A stretch of 64,000 bases of DNA from Candidatus Altiarchaeota archaeon (lineage in GTDB: Archaea > Altiarchaeota > Altiarchaeia > IMC4 > SCGC-AAA252-I15), in NCBI GenBank assembly GCA_043800255.1, contig JAZDNF010000009.1, forward strand, positions 224,001 through 288,000. Reading direction: 5' to 3'. How positions within the stretch are numbered: the first letter of the stretch is position 1; every line of letters starts with the position of its first letter. The notes beneath the pieces are model-generated. The model saw only the letters and a program-made list of their open reading frames with translations, was not told the origin of the DNA and made no database searches. Below, one piece after another: positions 56,119 through 64,000 of the stretch. A program made the position numbers and the translations under genes.

Positions 56119-56781
56119 TCAGTATGCCAGGTACAGCCTGAGGAAATAGGCGCCTGCCAGCATCAGGAAAAAGGATGATAATGTCTCCACTTTTCTGATA
56201 TTGTTCCTGAGCCAGCCTATCCTGTCGAGAGAGTAGGCCGATGATATGCCCAACGCAAGTATTGGAAGCCCCAAGCTTATCGAGAACAATGCCATGAGAG
56301 CCAATCCCTGGAGGTAAGTGACCTTGGACGCGAGGACAGGCATTATCCCAGTGACAAGGAACGGGGCGCTGCAAGGCGTTATCATGGTGCCGAAACCCAG
56401 CCCTGAGATGAATGCCCCCCCTCTGCCGGAGTAGTTGAACGTGTTGAAGATTACGGCAGTCCTCTTCAGCGTTCTCAGGCGGAACAGCGTGTCCAGCGCG
56501 AAATAGAATGACAGCACTGCCGCAACCAGGAAGAGGATGGTTTTCTTCTCGTCGATGCTCTCAGCCAGGCTCCAGCCGTATGCCATTATTAGTATGGCAA
56601 GAAGAGAGTAGAACAGCATATAAGCCAGGATGAGGCCCCCGGCGAAGAGCAATACTGACGCCCGTCTCCTATCGGAGTTCCTGGAGAGTATGTTGAACAG
56701 TATCGGATAGGTCGGGAGGAGGCAGGATGTCGTACCGGCGAGAAGGCCTGAGGTGACGGCGATGACCGCGAGGTCTATCAT
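56119..56781 (-). CDS. CcdA/DsbD-type membrane electron transporter
   Basis: SCLLPTYP and TPCSAP; six TM helices. Confidence 0.8.
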   Translation of the reverse strand: MIDLAVIAVTSGLLAGTTSCLLPTYPILFNILSRNSDRRRASVLLFAGGLILAYMLFYSLLAILIMAYGWSLAESIDEKKTILFLVAAVLSFYFALDTLFRLRTLKRTAVIFNTFNYSGRGGAFISGLGFGTMITPCSAPFLVTGIMPVLASKVTYLQGLALMALFSISLGLPILALGISSAYSLDRIGWLRNNIRKVETLSSFFLMLAGAYFLRLYLAY

Positions 56782-57470
56782 AACGGTTCACCGAACTTCG
56801 GCTTGAACTTGTCGATCGGGCAGGCCAGTATCGTGGACTCGTTGAAGCATCTCATCTGAAGGCTTTCGTCAGACACCTTTTTGCAGCTTGCTGATGCGAG
56901 AGGGTTCTTCTGGACGTACTCGAAATAGCAGGCATCCCTCAAGGAGGGGGTTACGACCTTCGAACACAGTTCCACGGTGTACGTCTCGACCGCGAGCTTC
57001 ATCATGCACCAGTCCCTGCCCTCCTGGTTCTCTATGCCGCTGCATGAGTCAGGGTTGCCTATCGTCTTGGCAAGGCATCTTGTCCTGGAAGCGTTCGATT
57101 GCACGCTGTCGCACAGGGTAGAGTTGCGGGTGTCAATCGAGACTGAATAGATGCAACCGTCCCTGTAATCTGGGTCGTCTATCTGGGAGCAGAACATGAT
57201 GTCACTGTTGTCGAGAGCGAACTTGGTAAGGCATTCCGACCTCCCAAGGGCGTTTGGCGACAGCATGCACAGTCCGCTGACATTATTGTCCACAGCAGCC
57301 TGCCTGAAGCAGTTGCCTTTCAAGTAAGGGTCATCATAGCCTTTGCATTCCACTATCTGGGGATATTCGAGGGATAAAGACCGAAGCTCCTTACTTTCTC
57401 GGGGGTAGTACAAGACCGCCAGCAGCGCCGCTGCGAGAATCGCCATCAGTATGATGTGTTTTTTTCTCAT
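56778..57470 (-). CDS. Membrane-anchored Cys-rich repeat protein
   Basis: N-terminal TM; repeats RD.C...A.....C; shares IENQ.GRDWC with 11455-12216. Confidence 0.72.
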   Translation of the reverse strand: MRKKHIILMAILAAALLAVLYYPRESKELRSLSLEYPQIVECKGYDDPYLKGNCFRQAAVDNNVSGLCMLSPNALGRSECLTKFALDNSDIMFCSQIDDPDYRDGCIYSVSIDTRNSTLCDSVQSNASRTRCLAKTIGNPDSCSGIENQEGRDWCMMKLAVETYTVELCSKVVTPSLRDACYFEYVQKNPLASASCKKVSDESLQMRCFNESTILACPIDKFKPKFGEPL

Positions 57471-57500
57471 GCTATCCTCTGGTTCACTTATTGTCTTATA

Positions 57501-58343
57501 TTAATTTATGTCGCACGATGGCGACGCTTTCTGTATCATGGTCTCAATCTGGGATGATGGCACAAAACCTGAAGTCTGGAAAAAGCCGCTTTGGCCCTGT
57601 ATTTCCATGACAGGCGTGGTAGTCTGGCCGAATTTGCCGGCGAGCTCCTCGTTGTACTTCCACAGGCTTATGACCTCGTAGAGGATGCAGTCCCTGTTCG
57701 GGCTGACTATGTCAGAGACCGTGGGGCGCATGACCCTGCATATCGAACATGACGGCAGGTCATAGAATCTCAGGTTCACGCGGCCCTTCCTGATGTTAAT
57801 ATCCCTCTCAGAGTCCTCGAGCTTCCTCCTCACGTATATCGAAAGGCCGTACTCTGAATCCCAAACGCTTAGATCCATCTCAGAATCCTCGAAGCCGATC
57901 TTCTTTGCCGTCAGAGTGTAGTCCCCGCCCTCCACAGGACCGAAGACTAGCTTTCCGGCAGAGTCGGTCCTCCCTTTAAGTTCCTCATCAACGTAGACTT
58001 CAACGCCTTCCACATCACGGCCGGATGCGTCTGACGCCGACAGGACAGCAGTGTCGCCGTCGTACAGCCTTAAAGTGTCAGAGTCGTCCGGGTTGTAGGC
58101 GGAGGGGATGATATTAAGTGACAGGCTCGCCTTTGGGACAGTCGTCGTTGGGATGGATGAGACCGTAGTCTCGAGCGTTGTCGACGAGACCGTCGTCGGA
58201 ACCGATAATGTTGTCGAAGTTGATGTGATAATGGCCTGGCCCTCGCTTCCGCCCCCCGCTATGAGAAACCCTATGCCTACGACGGCTACGGCGACAATCA
58301 GCAGCAGACCTGCAGACAGGACAAGCACCATGTTCTTATTCAT
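57501..58343 (-). CDS. Membrane-anchored protein with Thr stalk, PEGA-like and thioredoxin-like domains
   Basis: VEVYVD...GRTD, CSIC, TTPV. Confidence 0.7.
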   Translation of the reverse strand: MNKNMVLVLSAGLLLIVAVAVVGIGFLIAGGGSEGQAIITSTSTTLSVPTTVSSTTLETTVSSIPTTTVPKASLSLNIIPSAYNPDDSDTLRLYDGDTAVLSASDASGRDVEGVEVYVDEELKGRTDSAGKLVFGPVEGGDYTLTAKKIGFEDSEMDLSVWDSEYGLSIYVRRKLEDSERDINIRKGRVNLRFYDLPSCSICRVMRPTVSDIVSPNRDCILYEVISLWKYNEELAGKFGQTTTPVMEIQGQSGFFQTSGFVPSSQIETMIQKASPSCDIN

Positions 58344-58344
58344 T

Positions 58345-58692
58345 TTAGCAGCAGTACAGTTCTTTCGGCTTCTCGCCTTTCTTCAGATTCCCGAATGGGT
58401 TCCCGTACTTTCTGATGTTCTCTATCATCTTCCTGTTGGCTTTAGTCTCCTCTCCCCTCTTGTTGAGGCGGCTTCTGGCCTTGAGGATGTCGTCCGCGAA
58501 TCCCAGGCCCATAGGGCACCTCTCCTTGCACGCCCTGCAGAGGGTGCACATGTACGCCAGGGGAGTGTCTTTGCCTGCTTTCATCAGCTGCGCCTTGCCT
58601 CTGGGACCCTTCGACTCGTCCAAGGTTATCCTGTAGATTCTGCAATTTGCCTTGCACAGCCCGCAGAGTGAGCACTGGTCTAGGTCTGACAT
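58345..58692 (-). CDS. 4Fe-4S dicluster protein (GlcF/GlpC N-terminal-like)
   Basis: CSLCGLCKANC, GPRGK, CTLCRACKERCP, GNPFG. Confidence 0.88.
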   Translation of the reverse strand: MSDLDQCSLCGLCKANCRIYRITLDESKGPRGKAQLMKAGKDTPLAYMCTLCRACKERCPMGLGFADDILKARSRLNKRGEETKANRKMIENIRKYGNPFGNLKKGEKPKELYCC

Positions 58693-59861
58693 ATTTTCCC
58701 CCTGTTGAAGACTCCGTCCGGGTCGTATTTTTTCTTCAGCTTTTTTATCCTCTCGACCAGCTCCTTCGGCGCGTATTCCCTCTTGGTTATTCCAATGCCG
58801 TGCTCTCCTGAGACCACGCCGCCCATTTTTTCTACCAGCAGGAACATCTCCCTTATCTTATCCTCCTGCCCTTTCCTGAATCTCGGGTGAATTATTCCAA
58901 CGCTTATGTGGCCGAAAGAGGGGACACCATGGTTATCAAGCCACATCAGGAACTCTTGTATCCTCTCCAATGGAATCTTCGGATCCTCTTTGACATCATA
59001 CCCTTTTGAGCTGAGTATCGCTCCGACGCCCTCGCGTTCTTCCCATATCCTGTCGACCTCACTGCCGTCATTGATCTTGCCGGCATCTGATGAGAACTCT
59101 GCGTAGAGTGTGTAATTTTTTCCTACGCCTGTAAGGTCTGCGGCAATCTTGGATACGTATTCTACTGCAAGCACATCCTCCCTCTTCCGGTACTTGCTGG
59201 CTTCTGCGGTCAACGAGCTGATATCATCGCATTCGAATACTGATATGCTCCTCTTAGGGATAGCGTCAGCCAGTCTGAGTTTGGCCTTGGTGATCACTGC
59301 AACGCATCCTTCTGTCCCAACAATCTCCTTGACGGCTTTAGCGTCCAGCGTCCGGATTTCCCCGCGACCGTCGACAACCTCGAGCGATAGAATCCATTCT
59401 CCTGTCCTGCCGTACCTTAGCGCACGCTCTCCCACGGCGTCTGTGGATATCATGCCGCCTATGGTGCAGACCCTCCTGGAGGCCGGGATAACAGGGAAGA
59501 ACAGCCTCTTCTCCTTCAGTCTCAGGTTCAGGTCGTCGAGGATGACTCCAGGTTCCACTAGGGCGTACTTCCCGCCATCGCTGACTTCCAGTACCCTGTC
59601 CATCCTGGACATGTCGAGGACTATCGAATTCCCGGGTATCACTCCGCCTACGAGGCTCGTTCCCCCGCCCCTCGCCACTATGTCAGTCCCGAGTTTGAGC
59701 GCCAGTTTCACGATGTCGCTCACCTGCGCCGCGCTCCGAGGCCAGACCACAATCCGAGCCTCTCCCTGGAGCTGGGACGCGTCCTGAGAGTACACCAGCC
59801 TCTCGACCTCGCCTTCAGACACATTCTCCTTCCCGACTATCTTCTCCAGCTCTGCCTTCAC
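58680..59861 (-). CDS. FAD-linked oxidoreductase (GlcD/D-lactate dehydrogenase family)
   Basis: RGGGTSLVGG, CTIGGM, GTEG, SGEHGIG, DPDGVFNRGK; probable GTG start at 59861. Confidence 0.9.
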   Translation of the reverse strand: MKAELEKIVGKENVSEGEVERLVYSQDASQLQGEARIVVWPRSAAQVSDIVKLALKLGTDIVARGGGTSLVGGVIPGNSIVLDMSRMDRVLEVSDGGKYALVEPGVILDDLNLRLKEKRLFFPVIPASRRVCTIGGMISTDAVGERALRYGRTGEWILSLEVVDGRGEIRTLDAKAVKEIVGTEGCVAVITKAKLRLADAIPKRSISVFECDDISSLTAEASKYRKREDVLAVEYVSKIAADLTGVGKNYTLYAEFSSDAGKINDGSEVDRIWEEREGVGAILSSKGYDVKEDPKIPLERIQEFLMWLDNHGVPSFGHISVGIIHPRFRKGQEDKIREMFLLVEKMGGVVSGEHGIGITKREYAPKELVERIKKLKKKYDPDGVFNRGKICQT

Positions 59862-60541
59862 ATTAGCACCTCGCTGAATTCCAGAACCTCTATGTTGGTT
59901 GAGTTGTCTTTCAGGTGCTTGTAGCACAGGGGGCATGGCGTTACCAGCCTCTCAGTCTTAACCCTGCTCAACAGGTCTTTCGCTATCCTGTCTGACATCT
60001 CAGGATAGTTCGTCTTGACGCCGGCGCCTCCGCCGCAGCATAATCCGTTCTCGCGGCAGTTGTCCAGCTCCACGACCCCGAACCCCACTTTTTTCAGTAT
60101 GTTCCTGGGCTCGTTGTAGATTCCCGAATGGCGGCCGAGGTGGCAGGGGTCGTGATAGGTTATCTTGCCGGATTTTTTCGCCTTCAGCCTGTCAATCCTC
60201 CTGTTCAGCGTCTGAGTTACATGCTCGACCTTCAATCCCATGTCAGACAGCACCCTGTAGCAGGCGGGACAGTTGGTTATTATCCTGGAGACGCTGTACT
60301 TTTTGAGGATGCTGAGAGTCTTGTCGCATAGTATGTTGAAGTCCTCCTCGTAGCCTGCGTTCTTGACTGGGCTGCCGCAGCAGTTGAACTCAGGCAGCAC
60401 TATGAAGTCCACGCCGACCTGCCTCAGCAGAGTCTCATAGTTCTTCTCAATCTCCGGCAGGACGTAATGCGTGAGGCAGCCTGGATAGTAGAGGGTGTTC
60501 CCGAAGTCCAGCCTCTCGAACAAACCCTTAAACATACGCAT
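59858..60541 (-). CDS. CCG-domain Fe-S protein (GlcF/HdrB-like)
   Basis: YPGC, CCGSP, CPAC, YHDPCHLGR, CCGGG, CPLC. Confidence 0.9.
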   Translation of the reverse strand: MRMFKGLFERLDFGNTLYYPGCLTHYVLPEIEKNYETLLRQVGVDFIVLPEFNCCGSPVKNAGYEEDFNILCDKTLSILKKYSVSRIITNCPACYRVLSDMGLKVEHVTQTLNRRIDRLKAKKSGKITYHDPCHLGRHSGIYNEPRNILKKVGFGVVELDNCRENGLCCGGGAGVKTNYPEMSDRIAKDLLSRVKTERLVTPCPLCYKHLKDNSTNIEVLEFSEVLM

Positions 60542-60638
60542 AATATAACAACATTGGTATAAAAAAGTGTGGTGATGCGTCCAACTAATCTGTCGGAGCG
60601 GTATTTATACTCAGGACTCTTGATATTGGATAGTACCA

Positions 60639-61382
60639 ATGGAACTTCAGAAGAAAGCGGTTAAGGGTGCTGCTGGCGGCAGCATGATAGGCGACAGCCA
60701 GCTGAAGAGGCTGGGGGAGTTTGGCTTGGAGGAACAGGCCAAGAGATTGCATTTGGATGCTGTAATCGCCAAAAAATTCAACTCAACCCTCGACAGTATT
60801 AAAAATCCGGATGATATGAGAAGGTTTTTTGACCGCGTTCTCCTGGCTTCGACGCTGCAGGAGGAGGGACGAACACTGGAGATAGACCATGAGGCCATGG
60901 AACTCGCTGAAAAGATAGTCAGCTCATCCAAGATGATGGTTGTCCCGCCTGCGGAGGCAGTGGTTGCGGCAGCGTCTGAGGTGGCTAGAACCAGAGGAGA
61001 TGAGTATTCTGCAGCTGACATACTAGGAGAGACTGTGAAAAACCCTAATGTAGTGTATCCTATTCCGCAAACGGTAAGCCAAGCGTTTGGCCTGAAGAAG
61101 GCGGATACTGTGGGTGAAACCAGTCTGGAGAAGATTGCGAATAAGATATACGCTGGACTACGCTATCTTGTAACAGGCAACTATAGCTCAGACAGGCTGG
61201 AGTATGACATCACCGGCGGAAATCTGGTCAAGTACGTGATTGACAATGCCCTCGCTCCAGACGCCGTGGACAAGGAACTCAGGAGGCACAGACATAATCA
61301 AGACATAACAAAACTTCTTGAGAGAATAGCTGAAGGTGAGAATCCTGTTGAGATGAAACTGAAGAGGGTTACGGTCACGTGA
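60639..61382 (+). CDS. Hypothetical protein
   Basis: 247-aa ORF; no recognised motif. Confidence 0.6.
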   Translation: MELQKKAVKGAAGGSMIGDSQLKRLGEFGLEEQAKRLHLDAVIAKKFNSTLDSIKNPDDMRRFFDRVLLASTLQEEGRTLEIDHEAMELAEKIVSSSKMMVVPPAEAVVAAASEVARTRGDEYSAADILGETVKNPNVVYPIPQTVSQAFGLKKADTVGETSLEKIANKIYAGLRYLVTGNYSSDRLEYDITGGNLVKYVIDNALAPDAVDKELRRHRHNQDITKLLERIAEGENPVEMKLKRVTVT

Positions 61383-61495
61383 AGAACGTCGTATGTAATC
61401 CGACCCTGTCATTTACAATACTGATTGGAAACGTATTTCTGCACATCCCCCCGCAGTATCTAGCGCCTATAATTATCTGAAAGACGTTATCTTTA

Positions 61496-63127
61496 GTGAT
61501 GACCGTCAAGACGAAGGGGATTGTCGTAGTGGGCAAAGAGCGCGTTGACGCCGCCCTCAAGGCCCAGGGAGACGAGCTTCCGGGAGTTATGAGCGACATC
61601 ATCAGAGGCAGGCGCAGGCGGAAGGATTCTGCAGCAGGCTCAATCACGACTGACATTCCAGCCCGCCTTTTTGAGATGACCGAATCAGGAGTCCTGAATG
61701 AGGTAACATGGGGGAGAAAAACAATCACAGGGCTTAATGTCGGGGAAAAGTTAGGCGAACCGTCGAAGAAAATTTATCCCATAGATTTGGGGGAGCGCAG
61801 GGGGGAGATAGAAGTCCAGACAACCGGACGCACCGGCACAGTAACGTTGTCAGGCCCTGAGGGAGAGGAGAAGTTCGAATTGGTAGAGGACATGCGTTCA
61901 ACGAGGGGCGACGAGCTCGAGGAGGATAACAAACGCCTTAGAGAAGACTTAAAGACTGCGGCCGAACTGAACGACCCGACTAAAAGCTTGGATGCGATGA
62001 ACAGGACCCTACTCGACGCAGTTAACAGACTTGTTGGATCTGAAGCATCGACTTTATTCCTTGTCGGAAGCGAGTTCCTCACGGCTGAGAAAAAAGAGTT
62101 GGAACGGTTCACGCTTGCTGACCGACAGATAAGGGCAGCGACCGTGGAGAGTGCCATCGTAAAATCGATCATAAGCGGGAGAACCGCCCGCGTTGACGAG
62201 GGTTCGATGACAGAGGAGGACAGAAAACTCCTTGGGAAAAAACCAAGCTCACTGTTTGTGATACCGATTGCCAAGGGAGCTGCGGACAAGAGGCAGGTTA
62301 TGGGAGCCCTGGTAGTCGAAGGGTCGAAAAAGGACCAGTTATCGTCGGCGGATATGTCATCCATAGAGTACCTCGCAAACCATGCCGCAAGCGAGGTGTT
62401 CTCCGAAAGACTCAACCAGGTGGACGCGATTACGAACCTCGTGCCAAGAGGGCTTTTCGACAGGATATATGAGTCTCTGATTGGAAGAGCCGTCACAGAG
62501 AGGGTTAACTTGACGGTGGGAGTCACTGACGTTGACCGTTTCAGCCAGGTCTCCAACAACATCGACCACGCCAGAGGTTCGGAGGTTATAAAGCAGATAG
62601 GCACAGTGATAAAATCTAACATTTCGAACGAGAGGCTGGCGGGAGCGTTCGGCGGAGACGAGATGAGGATACTTTTCAGGGAGTCGAAGGAGGAGAGCCT
62701 GAAACAAGCTGATAAGATTCGCAGTGCGATTGAAGCGCACAGCTTCTATTTCACGTTACATCCTGAGGAGAAAGACATTGTTTTGAAAAAAACATCAAGT
62801 CTAAAGTCCGATGAGGAGGTCATCAGGATGGAACATGAGGATGGGAAAGACGTGATAATAGTGCCTAAGGGGTCTGAAGTGTTGGAAAACGAGGATGGCA
62901 GTAGGATAATAAACCTCCCCCCGGGAACGTTTACGGTGAGTATTGGACTGGCAACATTGAGAGACGATGTTAATGAGCCCATCCAGGTCACACCGGGAAC
63001 CTTGACAGACACCAGGCGGAAACTGACAAACATCGCAGACAAACAACTGAAAGCCGCTAAGAAGGCCGGAAAAAACTGCGTAAAGGCGATAGGCAGCGGC
63101 GCGATTAGGGCGGGCGATAAAATCTGA
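61496..63127 (+). CDS. GAF plus GGDEF (diguanylate-cyclase-like) protein
   Basis: GAF features (STLFL, IPI, MGALVV), DAITNL, DVDRF, FGGDEM at 62651, TVSIGLA, ADKQLKAAKKAGKN. Confidence 0.85.
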   Translation: MMTVKTKGIVVVGKERVDAALKAQGDELPGVMSDIIRGRRRRKDSAAGSITTDIPARLFEMTESGVLNEVTWGRKTITGLNVGEKLGEPSKKIYPIDLGERRGEIEVQTTGRTGTVTLSGPEGEEKFELVEDMRSTRGDELEEDNKRLREDLKTAAELNDPTKSLDAMNRTLLDAVNRLVGSEASTLFLVGSEFLTAEKKELERFTLADRQIRAATVESAIVKSIISGRTARVDEGSMTEEDRKLLGKKPSSLFVIPIAKGAADKRQVMGALVVEGSKKDQLSSADMSSIEYLANHAASEVFSERLNQVDAITNLVPRGLFDRIYESLIGRAVTERVNLTVGVTDVDRFSQVSNNIDHARGSEVIKQIGTVIKSNISNERLAGAFGGDEMRILFRESKEESLKQADKIRSAIEAHSFYFTLHPEEKDIVLKKTSSLKSDEEVIRMEHEDGKDVIIVPKGSEVLENEDGSRIINLPPGTFTVSIGLATLRDDVNEPIQVTPGTLTDTRRKLTNIADKQLKAAKKAGKNCVKAIGSGAIRAGDKI

Positions 63128-63132
63128 GGATG

Positions 63133-63687
63133 TTATTTGGTCTTGGGAAACGGTTTCGGCGGTTCGGGGCGGGCTGGCTTTTCCTGTCCGAGCTCGTCTA
63201 TGACCTTCAACAGTAAGTCTTGGTTGGACTCTTTCATTATGCTGTCAACTGATAGGACATACAGTTTCTTGAGCTCTGATATGTGGCCTCTCTCTGTTTG
63301 CAGCACGTGGAAGTAGTTATCCAACTCCTTGAGGCTTCTGAAGCCGTATACCACTATGTGGGTTACGTCGCCTTCAGATACTCTGTAGACGTTTGTCAGG
63401 TGGGGGCCCTTTATCCTGTCCCTGATGTCAGCCTCCTCCAGCCTGCTCCATTCTCCGGACTTGAACCTGAACTTCGCAACAGCGAAAACCTCTATCCCTA
63501 GCCTCTGGTAGTCTACGATTGTTGAGTATCCTTTTATCAGGCCTGTGCTCTCAAGCTTCTTCTGGATTTTTCCGACGGCCTGGGGCGTTATCCCGAGTTT
63601 TTTGGCTATTTCGCTGCAGGGCATCCTGCCGTCCTTTATGAAGTATTTGAGGGTTTTTTTCTCGTTTTCAGACAGTTTTGGTTTCAT
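63133..63687 (-). CDS. Lrp/AsnC-family transcriptional regulator
   Basis: DGRMPCSEIAKKLGITPQAV...LESTGLIKGYSTIVDYQRLG. Confidence 0.9.
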   Translation of the reverse strand: MKPKLSENEKKTLKYFIKDGRMPCSEIAKKLGITPQAVGKIQKKLESTGLIKGYSTIVDYQRLGIEVFAVAKFRFKSGEWSRLEEADIRDRIKGPHLTNVYRVSEGDVTHIVVYGFRSLKELDNYFHVLQTERGHISELKKLYVLSVDSIMKESNQDLLLKVIDELGQEKPARPEPPKPFPKTK

Positions 63688-63821
63688 ATTGTAACTTATT
63701 CTGCTTTTGAGTTTAAATATTTAAATGAGGATGTCTATAGATAAGGTATCCTAAACCGATAGGAATTTGAGGATATGACCAATAGTTGAGGATTCCTACA
63801 AAAAAAATAGAGGGTGATAAG

Positions 63822-64000
63822 ATGAACTTGAGAAGACCGAATTCGAACGAGGCATTGGGGACAGCCAACAGATCAAGGGACGTTGTCCCTATGTCAGGCA
63901 TATGCACGCGGTGCATGGACGACTGCAAAGGGAACTGCGACCTGTTCAAAGCATCATTCAGGGGCAGGGAACTGCTGTACCCAGGACCCTACGGATGCGT
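63822..64000 (+). CDS. FMN-binding glutamate synthase family protein, 5' part (runs off window end)
   Basis: Manual translation MNLRRPNSNEALGTANRSRDVVPMSGICTRCMDDCKGNCDLFKASFRGRELLYPGPYG; SD GAGGGTGA. Confidence 0.75.
   Translation, partial: MNLRRPNSNEALGTANRSRDVVPMSGICTRCMDDCKGNCDLFKASFRGRELLYPGPYGC

Noticed and set aside
63688-63821. NrpR operator upstream of the glutamate synthase-like gene
   Set aside because: No GGAA-N6-TTCC; only loose TGAGGAT repeats that I cannot assign
63713-63949. 78-aa minus-strand ORF
   Set aside because: Overlaps the better-supported + strand gene starting at 63822

Overview
Gene-dense window from an archaeal chromosome. Archaeal markers include SepRS, archaeal FEN1 with a PIP box, NucS, Tyw3, RtcB, cupin-type PGI, a KaiC-like ATPase and Ftr; this set, plus many Cys-rich or orphan surface proteins, suggests an Altiarchaeota/DPANN-like anaerobe (inference only). 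It contains thiamine and molybdopterin gene clusters, a copper/iron/thiol-redox island (about 48.4-58.3 kb), two ABC exporter operons and a RelE-type toxin-antitoxin pair. I found no rRNA, tRNA, CRISPR array or transposase. Best candidate for an undescribed system: three membrane-anchored winged-HTH regulators whose neighbouring promoters carry helically phased GTTTCA/GTTCA direct repeats, upstream of secreted chaperone-like, SHOCT, ABC-export and copper genes. This looks like a membrane one-component envelope/metal-stress regulon. Other highlights: a tandem gamma-carbonic anhydrase whose two domains split the active-site residues complementarily; an intact lytic transglycosylase and a GAF-GGDEF protein in an archaeon; an in-frame double-hairpin insertion in the RelE toxin; twin ModE boxes beside a ModE lacking its sensor domain; and a sharply bounded G/T third-position patch in a membrane-anchored MoxR/CbbQ-like AAA gene. 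All calls come from motif recognition by eye; no searches were run.
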